Shown: piece by piece, positions 25,368 through 26,675 of the stretch
Position numbering within the stretch: the first letter of the stretch is position 1
How the letters are laid out: each line of letters starts with the position of its first letter
From: a virus
Taxonomy: Duplodnaviria; Caudoviricetes
Length of the DNA stretch: 26,675 bases
Virus record (IMG/VR): IMGVR_UViG_3300035016_000039
Coordinates: 1-26,675 of that record
Direction: 5' to 3' (one strand)
Position numbers and translations under genes: made by a program
Notes under the pieces: generated by a model
Database searches by the model: none
Told to the model about the DNA's origin: nothing
Seen by the model: the letters and a program-made list of their open reading frames with translations, nothing else

Positions 25368-25422
25368 CCACCCTGTCCACCAAGATTGTGTTTCTGGCCC
25401 GAACCGGGATAGGCTACGCCCC

Positions 25423-25551
25423 ATGCTCCGCCGCCTCTGGTCGATCCTCGCCACGTTCGCCCGCGACGTCTACGACTTCGCGTTCCCGCCGTTCCACGAG
25501 CCCCCGCCGCCCGGCGGCTTTCCCGTCGAGACGCCGAAGAAATCCGAGTAG
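25423..25551 (+). CDS. Small 42-aa peptide (MLRRLWSILATFARDVYDFAFPPFHEPPPPGGFPVETPKKSE)
   Basis: GC3-rich codons; preceded by TTGTGT-18-TAGGCT-7-ATG, a leaderless-type promoter. Confidence 0.45.
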   Translation: MLRRLWSILATFARDVYDFAFPPFHEPPPPGGFPVETPKKSE

Positions 25552-25677
25552 CCGATTTGCCTCCCCGCCGTTCGTAGCGTATCGTGACCCCGTCACAGTC
25601 ACCGGAAGCGGGACTTGCGACTGCATACCCCGACCGAACGCCGTCCGCCTACCTCGCACAAGAGAGGTGGGCACGCG

Positions 25678-26412
25678 ATGGAACCCTACTACAGCGAAAA
25701 CGGAATCACGATTTTCCACGGCGATTGTCTAGAAGTCGCTGATGGGCTGGAGAGTGATTCCGTCAACCTGATCCTAACCGATCCGCCGTACAGCAGCGGA
25801 ACGCGCCGTGAGGGTGCCAAGGGCGTCCGCAAGAGCATGAACCGTGAGACGGCGGACGACGCGTGGTTCGGGACTGACTGCCTTACAACCAACGGCTTTC
25901 TGTGGCTGATGCGAGGTTGCGCTCGCGAGTGGCGGCGACTGTTGAAGCCCCACAGCCACATACTGAGTTTCATTGACTGGCGGATGAATCCTGCGCTGGC
26001 CGGTGCGATCGAGACAGCGGACCTGCGACAGTCCGGCGTGGTCGTGTGGGACAAGATGATGATCGGCATGGGCGCGTGCTTCCGAAATCAGCACGAGTTC
26101 ATCCTGCATTTTACATACGGCGTGGGACGCGAGCCATTCCGCCGGGACTGCCCCAACGTGCTGCGCTACCCCGCGATTCGCGGCGGCCTACATGACTGCG
26201 AGAAGCCCGTCGACCTGCTGTCGAAGTTGATCGAAGTGACAACCGACGCAGGCGAAACGGTCTGCGATTTTTTCGCGGGCAGCGGTTCGACTTTGGTAGC
26301 CGCAAAGGCTGTCGGGCGGTGCGCGATCGGCATCGAATCGGAAGAGCGATACTGCGAGATCGCCGCCAACCGCCTGCGCCAAGGCGTTCTCTTCGGATCG
26401 GAGGTGGCCTAA
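25678..26412 (+). CDS. Orphan N6-adenine/N4-cytosine DNA methyltransferase (beta class)
   Basis: IFHGDCL, LILTDPPY (motif IV) before H..EKP..L and DFFAGSGST (motif I); GAGGTG SD. Confidence 0.93.
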   Translation: MEPYYSENGITIFHGDCLEVADGLESDSVNLILTDPPYSSGTRREGAKGVRKSMNRETADDAWFGTDCLTTNGFLWLMRGCAREWRRLLKPHSHILSFIDWRMNPALAGAIETADLRQSGVVVWDKMMIGMGACFRNQHEFILHFTYGVGREPFRRDCPNVLRYPAIRGGLHDCEKPVDLLSKLIEVTTDAGETVCDFFAGSGSTLVAAKAVGRCAIGIESEERYCEIAANRLRQGVLFGSEVA

Positions 26413-26675
26413 TGGAACGGCTCCTATCGACAACCAAAGCAGGCGAGGCGCTGGGCGGCCTCCATCGTAACGACGTCTGTCGTTTGATCCGCGACGGCAA
26501 GCTCACCGCTAAGAAGCTGGTGGTCCGCGGCCGTGGTGGTAAGCCGCGCTACGCCGCCCCCCAATCCTCCATCGACCAGTTCATCCGCGAGATGCCCGAC
26601 GCGAAGGGCGACGCGCGGCCGGTTCGGCGCGCGCCTCGTCGCGGGAACCTGCGCGACGTGATTGAGTTCGTTTGA
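26412..26675 (+). CDS. Excisionase-like winged HTH (HTH_17 type)
   Basis: MERLLSTTKAGEALGGLHRNDVCRLIRDGKLTAKK...RY..PQSSIDQFI; TAATG coupling with the MTase; an integrase is expected just beyond the window. Confidence 0.75.
   Translation: MERLLSTTKAGEALGGLHRNDVCRLIRDGKLTAKKLVVRGRGGKPRYAAPQSSIDQFIREMPDAKGDARPVRRAPRRGNLRDVIEFV

Noticed and set aside
25347-25381. DnaA-box-like 9-mers (ttatcccca, ctgtccacc)
   Set aside because: Degenerate, few, and better explained by the GGATAA/TTATCC palindrome.
25414-25719. 101-aa minus-strand ORF
   Set aside because: Overlaps the MTase start and the better-supported + strand 42-aa ORF; no SD or motif.
26412-26675. Integrase/att site
   Set aside because: Not in the window; only inferred from the excisionase-like gene at the edge.

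Overview
The window is a contiguous part of a high-GC temperate tailed phage or prophage; the CsrA sequence style hints at a Planctomycetota-like host, but that is only inference. From right to left: excisionase-like HTH and orphan DNA methyltransferase (+); an isolated Redβ/Bet recombinase (-); an immunity region with a tandem-HTH repressor followed by a 309-aa soluble protein and a 4-TM protein (+), laid out like lambda cI-rexA-rexB; a divergent switch with repeated operators. A long leftward operon then encodes an RHH protein in the Cro position, a CII-like protein, phage CsrA, a Sak4-like ATPase, a DUF669-type SSB, two PD-(D/E)XK nucleases, an SF2 helicase and a Prim-Pol/helicase, followed by an AT-rich origin-like region. 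Next come a sigma70-region-4-like HTH, terS, terL, portal, minor head, scaffold, decoration and major capsid genes, a cluster of small membrane/lipoprotein genes with no recognisable endolysin, and Ig/FN3-like proteins running off the left edge. No integrase, att site, tRNA or CRISPR array is visible. The best leads are the RexAB-like cassette with a possible internal leaderless promoter, a candidate phage CsrA regulon alongside leaderless TAGAAT genes, two unrelated recombinases, and recurring UAAC-loop hairpins. All family calls come from motif recognition by eye, not database searches.
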